Source of the DNA: a virus
Taxonomy: Duplodnaviria > Caudoviricetes
DNA length: 64,000 nucleotides
Direction: 5' to 3' (one strand)
Virus record (IMG/VR): IMGVR_UViG_3300028591_000128
Coordinates: 42,311 to 106,310 of that record
The notes under the pieces were generated by a model. It worked only from the letters and a program-made list of their open reading frames with translations. It searched no databases and was not told the DNA's origin. Positions 31,702-42,800 of this stretch are shown here, one piece after another. How positions within the stretch are numbered: position 1 is the first letter of the stretch; each line of letters begins with the position of its first letter. Both the position numbers and the translations under genes were made by a program.

Positions 31702-32216
31702 TCCCCTGCATTATTAATCATGTTATCTAGTCCTGTAGCATCAATAGAATCTTCAAAATAGGTATCATAAGGTTCAGTATATGCATAATCTGCTAAATCT
31801 TGCAATCCACCATTTATGAGTGATGTAGCATCGGCTTTGTACCAATCTTCTGTACCTATTCTAACTGGCCAATCAGATACGTCTTTCGTATACACTTCGG
31901 CATGTACATATTTGTCCACAGACCCAATGAGATACCATTTTTCTACAATATCATTGAGTGTTACTGTTACAGTTTTAAGTCGTTTGTAGCAAACACAAAA
32001 GGACGAACCAGTCTGTATTACAACTGTTCGTCCGGAATTTTCATACCCAATATAAGCAATCCGTCCTCGGTAAACAGCAAATACATTGTTTGCTTTTACA
32101 TCAATTCCGGTATGAAACTTCTTTAGTATCTTAAATTCTGGATTAGATTTACTCATGACACAAGGTTTGAGTAATTCTGTATCATTCATTGTTATCGCAC
32201 AGTTTGGGATAATCAT
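31698..32216 (-). CDS. M23-like protein (degenerate)
   Basis: FHTGIDV...VFAVYRGRI...VHAEV. Confidence 0.5.
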   Translation of the reverse strand: MIIPNCAITMNDTELLKPCVMSKSNPEFKILKKFHTGIDVKANNVFAVYRGRIAYIGYENSGRTVVIQTGSSFCVCYKRLKTVTVTLNDIVEKWYLIGSVDKYVHAEVYTKDVSDWPVRIGTEDWYKADATSLINGGLQDLADYAYTEPYDTYFEDSIDATGLDNMINNAGE

Positions 32217-32233
32217 ATTTTAAAATGTCCTCA

Positions 32234-33733
32234 CTAACTTGCTTCGGATTGCATATGTTCGTAGGTTGGGAAAAGTGTTCCGAAATCTACTTTATATGGA
32301 GTTTTTATGTTAGTAGTTTGTTCAAATGAACCTGCAGGATATCCGCTAGCACCTGATACAAATATGCCTTGTGCTGATGCCACTTGGTTTGCAGAACTCA
32401 TTGTAAGTCTTTGAATCTTCAAAGTTGTAGTAAATGTATCTGATATAGAGTGCGACACAGACATTATATTGTAAATCCCAGATATAGGTGATAGCGTATT
32501 ACCAGACATTACTAATAATGAAACTGGTTGTGCTACATTATATTTCTTAGTGCTACCTGAAATAGTAACTGTGAAATCTCCGCTAAACTGAGATGCAATA
32601 GCATTGATATCATTTATGATATTCACAGTTTGGAATACATCTGACATTGAATTACTCCAACTGTTCACTACTTCTGCATCTTGTATAACAGTATTTCCAG
32701 AACCATCTACCATAAATCCTACAGATGTAAAGTTCATATCTGTCATGTTGTAAGCAACACCATTGTAGGAACCACTTAAAGATAGAATATTTGTGTCAGC
32801 TGTACCATACTGCAATACATCACGTATCTGAGAAGTTGTAAGTCCTGCGTTACTCTTGTAATGTATTGTACCTGGAGATGTCATTGTAGGTTCATCTACC
32901 CAATAGGAAAATGATGCACATTGTGGTGTAGCATCCGTAAGTCCCTTCTTCAAGAATTTAGATACAGGAGATATGGTAATATTATTCAGCACTTGGCTTA
33001 ATTTCTTTACCGTAGGAATCAATCCTGCACTATCTCTTGAACTACTATAAGATTTAGATAACTTTAGCAATCCGGGAAATGTATCATAATCGTCTTGACC
33101 GGAATATGTACCCCTAACATATTGATTGAAACTAGTTGTTAAAGCTCCGTGTGTTACAAGTGTAGGAGCATCATTGTGATCTATATCTAAGTTGTAATAT
33201 GTTGTTGCTTTAACTGCCTTTGCAAGCCCCTCAACAAGTGCAGATGGTTGGACAATACCTGATACTTCTGGAATACGAAGAATAGGTGTACTACTCTGTG
33301 CTGCTTGCGAAGCATATCCAGATACTGTGTAAGTCATGTATAATCCAGAAGTACTAACCTTATACTGCAATGTAAATCCTTGATATGACAGATACTCAGA
33401 AATATTTCCATCATTATCTAACCATCCAAAGGAGAATGCTACTGGAATTCCGGATGAATTTGGATACTTACTTGCAGCTTGTGCTGATGTGTATAGCAGA
33501 GCTTCAAATGCAGCTATGTTAGATTTCTTATTAGCATCTCCACCAACTATAACAGTCAATGTCCATGAGGAAAATGATGCTATTTCAGAATTATTCATTT
33601 CAAGTTTACTGAATGGGGATGGTATCTTTAACCCAAAATCGGTCAGGGATACCCCTGCGATTGCAAAATTTACCCAAGTCTGTTTCTTCATAAATAGAAC
33701 TCCTAAACAGTAGTTATAGGAACGTCCATACAC
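32234..33733 (-). CDS. putative baseplate hub protein
   Basis: C-terminal SGIYNIMSVSHSISDTFTTTLKIQR typical of gp27/gpD-like hubs; true start probably MKKQTW. Confidence 0.55.
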   Translation of the reverse strand: MYGRSYNYCLGVLFMKKQTWVNFAIAGVSLTDFGLKIPSPFSKLEMNNSEIASFSSWTLTVIVGGDANKKSNIAAFEALLYTSAQAASKYPNSSGIPVAFSFGWLDNDGNISEYLSYQGFTLQYKVSTSGLYMTYTVSGYASQAAQSSTPILRIPEVSGIVQPSALVEGLAKAVKATTYYNLDIDHNDAPTLVTHGALTTSFNQYVRGTYSGQDDYDTFPGLLKLSKSYSSSRDSAGLIPTVKKLSQVLNNITISPVSKFLKKGLTDATPQCASFSYWVDEPTMTSPGTIHYKSNAGLTTSQIRDVLQYGTADTNILSLSGSYNGVAYNMTDMNFTSVGFMVDGSGNTVIQDAEVVNSWSNSMSDVFQTVNIINDINAIASQFSGDFTVTISGSTKKYNVAQPVSLLVMSGNTLSPISGIYNIMSVSHSISDTFTTTLKIQRLTMSSANQVASAQGIFVSGASGYPAGSFEQTTNIKTPYKVDFGTLFPTYEHMQSEAS

Positions 33734-34278
33734 TTTACAAGAGTATCTACGAGTTCACGTGTTGTATCTGTAAATATAAATTCGTCTTTATGCTCATTGT
33801 ACCATGCAAGTGCTGTAGATTCCGGATTCTTGTATGAAAATGAGTGCCAATCACAAAGCATTTCACAGATATAATCCAAAGGCATATCCATAGGAACAAT
33901 ATCACCGGAATCTCTTACCAGTACCCAATACTGCCAATGATGAGGATTTACATGTTGATGATGCAACCAAGCAAGGTCAAAAGCAAGTTCATCGTCATAG
34001 AAATCATCTCCATACGGATAGAAATGGTTACAGTATGGAATGAACTCCACATCTTCTAACTTAGAAAGATCATGTTCATTCACATGTGATTCTGCAAGAT
34101 CAATAATATATTGTCCATATTCATTCTCAACCATATATGGCTTCAATACATTATACCAAGAGGATTTTACACCACCAATATGATCATCTAGATATTGATA
34201 ATATTCGTCTTTTCGTGGATTCAAACATGTATCTACGGGGGTAAAATTTTTGAATTTTTTATGCTTTCTTATAATCAT
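33703..34278 (-). CDS. HD-like (DUF5662-type) protein
   Basis: HDLSK, AWLHHQHVNPHHWQYW, EMLCDW. Confidence 0.7.
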   Translation of the reverse strand: MIIRKHKKFKNFTPVDTCLNPRKDEYYQYLDDHIGGVKSSWYNVLKPYMVENEYGQYIIDLAESHVNEHDLSKLEDVEFIPYCNHFYPYGDDFYDDELAFDLAWLHHQHVNPHHWQYWVLVRDSGDIVPMDMPLDYICEMLCDWHSFSYKNPESTALAWYNEHKDEFIFTDTTRELVDTLVKCMDVPITTV

Positions 34279-34281
34279 TCT

Positions 34282-34728
34282 TTACTCCGTTCCAAGATTC
34301 AATGTGATCGGACTTACACTTGCAAGGCATTCACCCTTACTGAATAATTGAGTTATATCATTAGGTATCATCAATCGTTGTCCAGGTTTAGCAGTATATC
34401 CATCTTGAATTCCATTGAAATATGCAATCACCCATGCATACTGAGCCGATCCCAGAGTTTTATATGCAATAATGTCAAGACGATTTTCTTCAGAAGTAGG
34501 TACTTCGTAGTAAGTTACTTCGGTATTCGTAACAAACGGATTAGGTGTTTCCAATGTGATAAACCTATCTTCTGTCGATTGTGGATTATTGACTACTTGT
34601 CGAAGTCTACGATATCTGCATATGTGATTGTAATCTCGACATACACCGTACTGTATTCCATCATGCGGAACTGTATCATAAGGTTCTAGTGTATTATACC
34701 ATTTCATTATGCACCACCACCTATCCAA
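34282..34728 (-). CDS. baseplate wedge protein (gp53/LysM-like)
   Basis: NRLDIIAYKTLGSAQYAWVIAYFNGI...GQRLMIP. Confidence 0.7.
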   Translation of the reverse strand: MDRWWCIMKWYNTLEPYDTVPHDGIQYGVCRDYNHICRYRRLRQVVNNPQSTEDRFITLETPNPFVTNTEVTYYEVPTSEENRLDIIAYKTLGSAQYAWVIAYFNGIQDGYTAKPGQRLMIPNDITQLFSKGECLASVSPITLNLGTE

Positions 34729-35734
34729 TCAATGGTTTATTCTTAACCGTGTAGAAATCTAACTTGGTCTCGGATACTTCAGTTATTGATATATCTAATT
34801 TGCATTCAAGATAGAACCCATCTAACCCAAGTGGTCCACCCCAATGAGGAGTAACCGATGTCATGATTCCGGATATGATTGGATTTCCATGTATATATAG
34901 TGTTACTGTAGATGAATTCACCGCAGACCCTTTGTATTCCGGGTAACAATTGGCTTCACATGCACGAATCAATTCATTAGCTTTTCCATCTCTATGATCA
35001 CCTGTCCACATATCTCGATGGAAATGGAAACTAAATGACATTTCTCTTGGGCCAGAACTCTGATAGATTTGCCATGGTTCATATTGATAGAGCATTTCAG
35101 GCATCGTTGTATAATTAGCCTTAACTCCATCACCAAGTTCTTCAGGATACACAGGAAAATCTATTCTACTGTCGTCTATAGATGAATGAAGTGTTACTTC
35201 TCCCCAAGGAATCTTGAACCATTGAAATACTTCCGTACCACCACTACTTCCGGTACTAACTGTAGCATCAAATGCACCTGGTGTTGTTGCCACACTATAT
35301 TCATTAAATACGGATGGATTTACTTCTTGACCATTTTTAAAGAATTTCATTACTTTATTATAAATTCCAGATTGAACGGATTCACCATTTCCCATAACTT
35401 CTGTAGAATCTTGTAATCTTATGGAATCAGGTACACGCATCATTTCTGGTAATGTATTACATGCAGATAAAATTTTCCACCCAATATCATCCATTAATGC
35501 GGCATATTCAAATATATCTGAATCTGTAGTCAAACCATTCAGCAATGAAATTTTCCGATCATAAGTAACTTCTGATAAATCTGAAATCATTTCATTACAT
35601 CTATCAATAAATGCTTTTCCAATTTTAGGAACCCGTTTGACACCATTTAGATGCAAGAATCTATCTAGAGCATCGCCAAGTTCTTCATTTAAATCTGATA
35701 AAGTAGTATCTTTATTTATAGATAATAATTGCAT
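34721..35734 (-). CDS. tail tube initiator-like baseplate protein
   Basis: EPWQIYQSSGPREMSFSF...NCYPEY...GIMTSV motif; synteny. Confidence 0.5.
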   Translation of the reverse strand: MQLLSINKDTTLSDLNEELGDALDRFLHLNGVKRVPKIGKAFIDRCNEMISDLSEVTYDRKISLLNGLTTDSDIFEYAALMDDIGWKILSACNTLPEMMRVPDSIRLQDSTEVMGNGESVQSGIYNKVMKFFKNGQEVNPSVFNEYSVATTPGAFDATVSTGSSGGTEVFQWFKIPWGEVTLHSSIDDSRIDFPVYPEELGDGVKANYTTMPEMLYQYEPWQIYQSSGPREMSFSFHFHRDMWTGDHRDGKANELIRACEANCYPEYKGSAVNSSTVTLYIHGNPIISGIMTSVTPHWGGPLGLDGFYLECKLDISITEVSETKLDFYTVKNKPLIG

Positions 35735-35740
35735 ACCTTA

Positions 35741-36316
35741 TCACACTCCATTAGATAAATACTGATTTGTAAGTTCTTTTACTCTCAGCGATTTTATTAC
35801 ATGTGGTTCACCGAACATTGTTGGTGGTCTATGTTGTCTATATGTAGTAGGTAGTTTCTTCAACCAATCTATACTTTCATTGTAGCATGCTACCGAACAT
35901 TTTTCATCAAATTCATCATATAGATTATCAGTTCCTAATAATACAAATAGATCATGTCGATCCTTCTGTGTAGAATCTACACTCACAACCGAACCGATCA
36001 TGTAAGAATACACCCAATCCGGTAAAACATATTCAGTATCAACCGTTGTTTTTAATATGTTAAGATGGTATGCGATTTCTGAAACCAACAATCTGTAAGC
36101 ACCCATTAAAGTATCAGATAATAATGGGTATGTATCTCGGAAGTAATTCAACTCTGCATTCATACAATCATCGTATCCGCTTAACGGATTAGCAGTATCG
36201 TACAGATATGGTAGAAATGCATCGCACATCTCCGCATCCGAAATCAGATGCGGAGGATAATTTGGTAAGTAACCTAGACGAGATAATTTGATTTTCACAA
36301 GGTCATTCATAAACAT
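35741..36316 (-). CDS. hypothetical protein
   Basis: 191-aa ORF in the tail operon. Confidence 0.6.
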   Translation of the reverse strand: MFMNDLVKIKLSRLGYLPNYPPHLISDAEMCDAFLPYLYDTANPLSGYDDCMNAELNYFRDTYPLLSDTLMGAYRLLVSEIAYHLNILKTTVDTEYVLPDWVYSYMIGSVVSVDSTQKDRHDLFVLLGTDNLYDEFDEKCSVACYNESIDWLKKLPTTYRQHRPPTMFGEPHVIKSLRVKELTNQYLSNGV

Positions 36317-36327
36317 ATCTGTTACCT

Positions 36328-39300
36328 CTAATCAATTGCTCCACCTTGGAATATATTGAGTGTATGTAATGCCCAACAATCAATTGTTTCATTTGCACCT
36401 ACACCTATTATGGAGGATACTAAGTATGTATCGGTGCAGAATGCAATAGATCCAGGTGTACTGCTCATCGCAGTAGATGTTAATGCTGAGAAATTTGTTT
36501 CTTTCATCACATACTTACTGTTACTTGTAGACCAATAACTAGATACAAATGAACCTACAATCTTTATTCTCCGAGTCAATTTTGTTGACGGATATGATAA
36601 TCCAGAATTCTGAGGTAGTGTGAAATTAGCTCTAGATATAGTCTTGCCAATTTCTACTACGTTAGGAGTAGAATCATCAGAAACAAGCAACCCTGCACCA
36701 ATTATACTTCCATCTCCTGCAAATGTTATAGACCTGAGTGCATATGAATAATGATTATCATTCGGATACTCAGCTGACCACGGATCAAATGTTGAAGTAT
36801 TTTCTATGTTACTTAACAATGTAACCGTCATACCATCTACTTGTAGATCCGGTGAACTAGAATCATTGTAGTCACGTTCATACCACAACTTCAAGTTTTC
36901 TATACCAGTTATAGTTGAAACACTGCTATGAGCACCTGCCTTATCTAATACATTGGAGCTATAGTATAGATTCACATTCTTTAAAACAATATTAGGTTGT
37001 CCAATAATTGTGTCATCTATACGTAGTTTATCGCAGTTTTCAAATATGATAGTAGTTGCAGATGTAGCCGAACCTAGTATCTTTACATATAAGTATCCAC
37101 CGGCACGAGTTCCTATATCATGAATGTGTATAACAGATTCTTCTGTTACACTTGGTATATCTAATGTAAGTAGTATAGAATTAGGATCTCGATTATTTGC
37201 ATCTGATATAGCACGTTGATCGTCATTCGGATAACATATTCTATCATTTACAGAATCATCTAAACTTGTCTGAATAGCAGAAATATCTAGACCAGATCCT
37301 ACTTCAACATCAACTTCAAGTTGTTGTGCTCTTAATCCCATTACAAGGTAGTTGTAATCAACTACACGAAGATGCCCATTGGGATCTACCGTAACATAAC
37401 CATTACCATATGCATCTTCCGGTGTAGCGATAAATCCACCAACGGCTTCCGTAGTAGCAATAGGAACTCCACCTGTAACAAGAATTGGAGGTAATGCATA
37501 AGTCAACTCAAGTTTAGTAGATGATGGTGTATAGAAGAAGTTTGTATATGTTTTTGAAACTAGAACCTCTTGCCCATCAATTGTTCGATAATTCTCTTTC
37601 TCATAGTGCATGACGAAATAATCTTTCTTTACTGCACCATAATATTGAGTGAAGTTCAAGTTGGTGATATCTGTAGGTGTAGGTGTTTCATTTACAATTG
37701 TGTTATATTCAAGTTCCACACCACCTGCTAGATTAATCGGACTTACCGGAACTTTGTGCAGGAACAGATCTAATTTTTTATACTTATCCGCATCATCTTC
37801 ATTGATAGTTACAGATAAACTTCCGGCAGATGTAACTGTTTCTATCTGGCCATAGTTTACAAAATACATTGTAGATGGATATGTACCATCTGATCTAACA
37901 GGTTGTGTCATATCTTGTGCAACTAAAACATAATCGCCAGGACTCCATACAGTTTCTTTAAGTACAGTTTGCTCATCTAATCTACGTTGAACTTCTTGAT
38001 CTACATACTGTGTTATTGTGTCAGATAATGAGGAAATTGTTGTAACAACTTGACCTAATTTAGCAATACAATATTGTAATGTACCTGATTGAGAAGCCGT
38101 ACCTATAATGGATCTAAGAGCGGTGATTGCGTTTCCAACAGAATCTTTTTCTGTAGATATTCCGGTTCTGAGATTCTCAAGATTAGATATTAATCCACCA
38201 TTTCCTACTAAATCTTGATAACATTGATCAACTTGTGCGTAACTGTTCTTTACAGCAACTGATATATCATTTAAAAGTATGTCCCTCGCAATAGATATAT
38301 CATTCTTAGCTGCAGAAACATCCGGAGTAGCTTCACTAAGCTCGCTTAGTGCATTTTTTAAGTATTCTATGCAATTTTCTAACGCTCCATGAGTAGGTTC
38401 GTGAGTAACTAACGAACCAAGATCCGCATGTACATGATTCAATGCAGATGCAATATCATTTGCCGTACCATCGCATCTTGACGCAAGTTCAGCCGAATCT
38501 CCTAGATTAGAAACTACCTGACTCAAAGTGCTAATGACAGTTTCAACACTACCACAACTGGTAGATATATATGAAGAAACTTCATTGATAGTTGAAATAA
38601 TCTGTTGAATCACTGTATCTATGTCTAGCGGTTGTATAGAACCTTCACCAATCGGAATTTCTGGTAGTGCACCATCTTCCCCATATTTAGAAGTATCATG
38701 TGGGTCAATAGTAAGCTGAGTAAGATATTTACGCATCACTCCATTTGGAAGACGATATATCTGGTTCAGTTTTTCTTCAATATGAAGTATTCGCTTAGTG
38801 TATGCAGGGCTTACTACACCCCCACTTCCAGGAGAGAATGTTGCATTAGGAATTGCGTATCGTTTATCTGGAAAATATATTCTACGACCTTGTTCATCTA
38901 CAGCATAATCAATCTGTTTATGCGGAACAACTAATTCAGTAGCACCAGAAACTACTTCTCCAGATGCCCCATACAATTTATTATACTCAAAATGTGCAAC
39001 ATCTGATGTAGCAATATCTGGTACCAACTGAGGATGAGTATCCCATACCATCAAGCTATCTTGTGCAGCACACCAAGTATCTTTATCATCAAGTGTACCC
39101 TTTCCTGCGAATACGTAGAAACTATTAGGATCAAGTCCAACTTTGCTGACATATTCACTTGAAAGTGAATTACTCAAGTTTCCAACTCTACTTGCGTCAA
39201 ATACACGAAGTTTATCTTCATCTTGATGCACATTAGATACAGTGCCATTGAAGAATGTAAATCGACCCAACAGAAGATGCATATTTACATCTTCCATTTG

Positions 39301-39795
39301 GTTTGGAACATCTATAGGTCTCCTGACATCTGCTTCAGGAACAATGACAACACGAACACCCTCATAGTAACCATCTGCGTTTTCTGGAAGTGCAGATGCT
39401 GCAAGCGTTGTATATGTGCTATACATCATGACAAGACCGATTGCCAAATCCCCTTTAAGAGGGGCAACACCTTCTTGAGCTGCTTTGAAATTGACAGTAG
39501 CAAGATCAATGACAATAGGTGTAAGCAATTCTACATAATGTCCATTTACTATAGCTCTACCAGGTTGTATCTGTATAGCTGTAGATGGAATACTTGTGCC
39601 ATCAGCTAAACATGAAATAGCAAAATCTTGTTCTGAATGTGCATAAGATGGTCCTACTTTGTATTCAATTGTAGGATCTGTAGCTACAGTTTCCCTTGAC
39701 CGAATATTGAACTCAGTTAGTATCTGTCCTCCTGCGGTTGAATTAGATAAAGGAAATATGTTTGTAGCACTTACAGGAAATTCTATAAATTGCAT
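36328..39795 (-). CDS. large structural protein with central coiled coil
   Basis: start moved to ATG 39795 (GGAGG SD; the ACCTTGTATA motif at 39825-39834 overlaps the longer ORF start); IQIQPGRAIVNG motif. Confidence 0.6.
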   Translation of the reverse strand: MQFIEFPVSATNIFPLSNSTAGGQILTEFNIRSRETVATDPTIEYKVGPSYAHSEQDFAISCLADGTSIPSTAIQIQPGRAIVNGHYVELLTPIVIDLATVNFKAAQEGVAPLKGDLAIGLVMMYSTYTTLAASALPENADGYYEGVRVVIVPEADVRRPIDVPNQMEDVNMHLLLGRFTFFNGTVSNVHQDEDKLRVFDASRVGNLSNSLSSEYVSKVGLDPNSFYVFAGKGTLDDKDTWCAAQDSLMVWDTHPQLVPDIATSDVAHFEYNKLYGASGEVVSGATELVVPHKQIDYAVDEQGRRIYFPDKRYAIPNATFSPGSGGVVSPAYTKRILHIEEKLNQIYRLPNGVMRKYLTQLTIDPHDTSKYGEDGALPEIPIGEGSIQPLDIDTVIQQIISTINEVSSYISTSCGSVETVISTLSQVVSNLGDSAELASRCDGTANDIASALNHVHADLGSLVTHEPTHGALENCIEYLKNALSELSEATPDVSAAKNDISIARDILLNDISVAVKNSYAQVDQCYQDLVGNGGLISNLENLRTGISTEKDSVGNAITALRSIIGTASQSGTLQYCIAKLGQVVTTISSLSDTITQYVDQEVQRRLDEQTVLKETVWSPGDYVLVAQDMTQPVRSDGTYPSTMYFVNYGQIETVTSAGSLSVTINEDDADKYKKLDLFLHKVPVSPINLAGGVELEYNTIVNETPTPTDITNLNFTQYYGAVKKDYFVMHYEKENYRTIDGQEVLVSKTYTNFFYTPSSTKLELTYALPPILVTGGVPIATTEAVGGFIATPEDAYGNGYVTVDPNGHLRVVDYNYLVMGLRAQQLEVDVEVGSGLDISAIQTSLDDSVNDRICYPNDDQRAISDANNRDPNSILLTLDIPSVTEESVIHIHDIGTRAGGYLYVKILGSATSATTIIFENCDKLRIDDTIIGQPNIVLKNVNLYYSSNVLDKAGAHSSVSTITGIENLKLWYERDYNDSSSPDLQVDGMTVTLLSNIENTSTFDPWSAEYPNDNHYSYALRSITFAGDGSIIGAGLLVSDDSTPNVVEIGKTISRANFTLPQNSGLSYPSTKLTRRIKIVGSFVSSYWSTSNSKYVMKETNFSALTSTAMSSTPGSIAFCTDTYLVSSIIGVGANETIDCWALHTLNIFQGGAID

Positions 39796-39836
39796 GTATC
39801 GTTCCTCCAGAATTGTTATATAGATATACAAGGTGA

Positions 39837-42800
39837 TTATGGCGTTTTCTGTGTCAGTCCTAATGACATAGCAGAAAGTGTATCAATAAATGATGTCCCA
39901 CCTGCAGGTGTATTTGTTTGTTGAACAATCTGTCCTACATAAACAAGTATCTGACCTAGTAGAATATTTGTTTGTAATGTAGGATCTGTTGTTTGATCAG
40001 TTATAAGAGTATCAGCAAGTACTTGACCCATTTGGTCTGCAATACTCTTACGTTCTTCTTTCTTAGTATCTACCTTTATAGATTCAAGTTCTTTTAATAA
40101 TGTAGAGGATCTAAATTTTCCATTGGATGATACACCATAGTAAGAATTGTATGCCATATAGTCAGATAATCGTGTATAAAGTTCTTGGAAAGTTCCACCT
40201 CTTTTGGTTCCAAATCCCCAAAAATCACTTATTGCTTTAGTAAAATCTGACCAAGTAGATGCAGGATTCTCTTTAGAGCCGCCAATCCATTTTGCCCAAG
40301 CACCAGAAGAACCAACCCATTTACCCCAAGCACCAGTTTGTTTATCCGTACCCAACCACGCAAGCCAAGGTTCTGGATATTCATCTTTCGTCCAAGTTTT
40401 CCAAGAATCGAAGAAATCTTCATACCATTGTTCCTGATTTTGGATAACAACATCCAATTTAGAATGAAGTTCTGGAGCAAATGTATTTGGATAATATTCG
40501 TCCCAATAATTCTGACCTGACTTCCAAAAGGCTTCTTCCCGAAGATTTCTTTCATGTTGTTCTTCTTGACCGGCTTTTGCTTCAACATCTTCAAAGAATT
40601 TTTTAATATCAGACTCTTGATATCCTGCAGATTCCATTGCTTTATCTAAATCTGCAATACCGAATTTACCAGAAGTTGATGCCCAATCTTCATATGTTTT
40701 ACCTTGCTTTACAAATTCATCCTTGATATATGCTTGATCCATCATCCTATCAAGTGCTTGCTTTGCAGCATTTGCTGTAGCATTTAATGATGATGATGGT
40801 GCATTAGATGAAGATGTGAAAGTAGACACGAGATCAGTAGCAGAATTCAGTATCATATCTGCTATTCTACCTTGTGTTTTAGATACATTACGAAGGCTTC
40901 CCCAGGAATATTTGGAAGTAGGACTACTTACAGATGGATAGATACCATTTGCTTGATCAAGGAGCTCTTTCATTTGTGATATCGATGAAGATGCAAATCC
41001 ATCATTTCCATATAAAGTATTGGATATACCATACCAACCCTTAAACTCACTTGCATTCCCATATAAGGATCTTCCACCTATCAATTCGACAAGTGGTCTT
41101 GTTAAATTCAATGATTCGTTACGTGTAACAAGGTTTCTAAAATCTCTTGTATTACCCTGACCTACTTTAGTTAATTGCAACATCTGTGCAACATCTGCTT
41201 GCTGTTGGAAACCTTCATCAGCTGTTGCTATTACGTTACCAAGTTTCTTGAACCAAGAAAATGGATTTAAGAAGTCAAGTATCTTCTGAACACCTTCACC
41301 AATCTTGAGAAGTCCTTCTTTAGTTTCACCAATAAGTTCTACAGAGAATGTGGATTGAACTAAATCACGTTGCATCTGTTCATCCCACATATGTTGCTGT
41401 ATTGCTCTACTTGCTTCATTATCTAGGACTAATGCAAGCCCTTCATTGATCATATATTCATTGATCTGTTGATTTTTAAGCTGCTCGGTAGTAGTTGTGG
41501 TTTGACCTTCACGAAGAAGTGCCATGTTTTCAGATAGAGATGAATTATTCACGTTCATCTCTTTAATTGCTTTAGCAAGATCAGCAAAATCAACCCTTTG
41601 GAATGCCGCTGCATCTACACCAAATAATGATGCATATCCTTCTGCTTTTTCCATATAAGCATCTGGAGACTCTGTAAACATAGCAGATAGATTCTCAAAC
41701 ATTGCACCTAAGATTGCTTGTGGATCCTTTGCAAGTGCTCTAAGGAATTCGGTATTAGATGCGTTTACACCTGCTAAAGATCTAAGTGCAACGGTTTCAG
41801 AAGAATTGCCACCTGTAGCAAGTTTATTGATTACATTAACAAGTCCATCTGCTAAATCAGGTGCAACTGCCCCAATGTATCCTTGTACAGCTACTAATGT
41901 ACTACTTATGGCATCAATGTTATCAGATTGAGCTGCAAGTGCAATGTTTGCAGCATCTTTGTATAGTGAGGATGCGTTTTGTAAACCTGTAGTAAATCCT
42001 CCTGTAAGTTCTCTATCTGCGTAGAGAAGACTAGATGCAAAGGATCTTAAACTAGCATTGGCTTTCTCAATTGCTTGTGCTTCAGACTCTCCGGCTCTTT
42101 GAGCATTCGCAGCTACAGATGCGTAAGTTGCAGCGTAGCTGAAGAAATCTTGTGTAGGTACTGCTTTGTTTAATAGTGTTGCTTGATATGCGAATTCTTC
42201 TGCAATCTTATTGGATAATCCTGAATCTAGAACTTTCGCAAGGTTATCCATAAGGTTTGCGCCATTTACATATTTAGATAGACCTTCATTACGAATACGC
42301 TCTGCGTAGTTTGCCATGAGGTCTTGTACATCGGATTTAGTGTACCCTTGAGTTGCAGATATCTTGGTTAAATTACTATCCCAAGCATTATACAGGTCAG
42401 TAGCAGCTTTTTGAAGTAGTTCAAACGGATATTTGACCATAGTTTCATAGTCATCTTTCATCCGTTGTTTAGATAATTCAAGATTCTTCTTACGTGTTTC
42501 AACATCACGTTTGGATGCTGCTGAGAATGCACCGAATATTTGTTTTATTCCTGCACCAATATCCTTAAATCCTTCCATCAATCGGTCAGTAACTAATTCG
42601 AGTGCTACCATAGCACCAATTACTGCCCAACCATGCGGTCCCATTCCAGCAAGCATCTTTGTTACTTGACCACCTGCACCAGCTAAACCACCTGCACCAC
42701 CACCTGCACCAGTAAAGGCATTTACAACCTTTCCGGCACTATTACCAACATTAGCAAGTTGAGTTGCAATATCACCAGAGCCAGGTCCAATAATATGACC

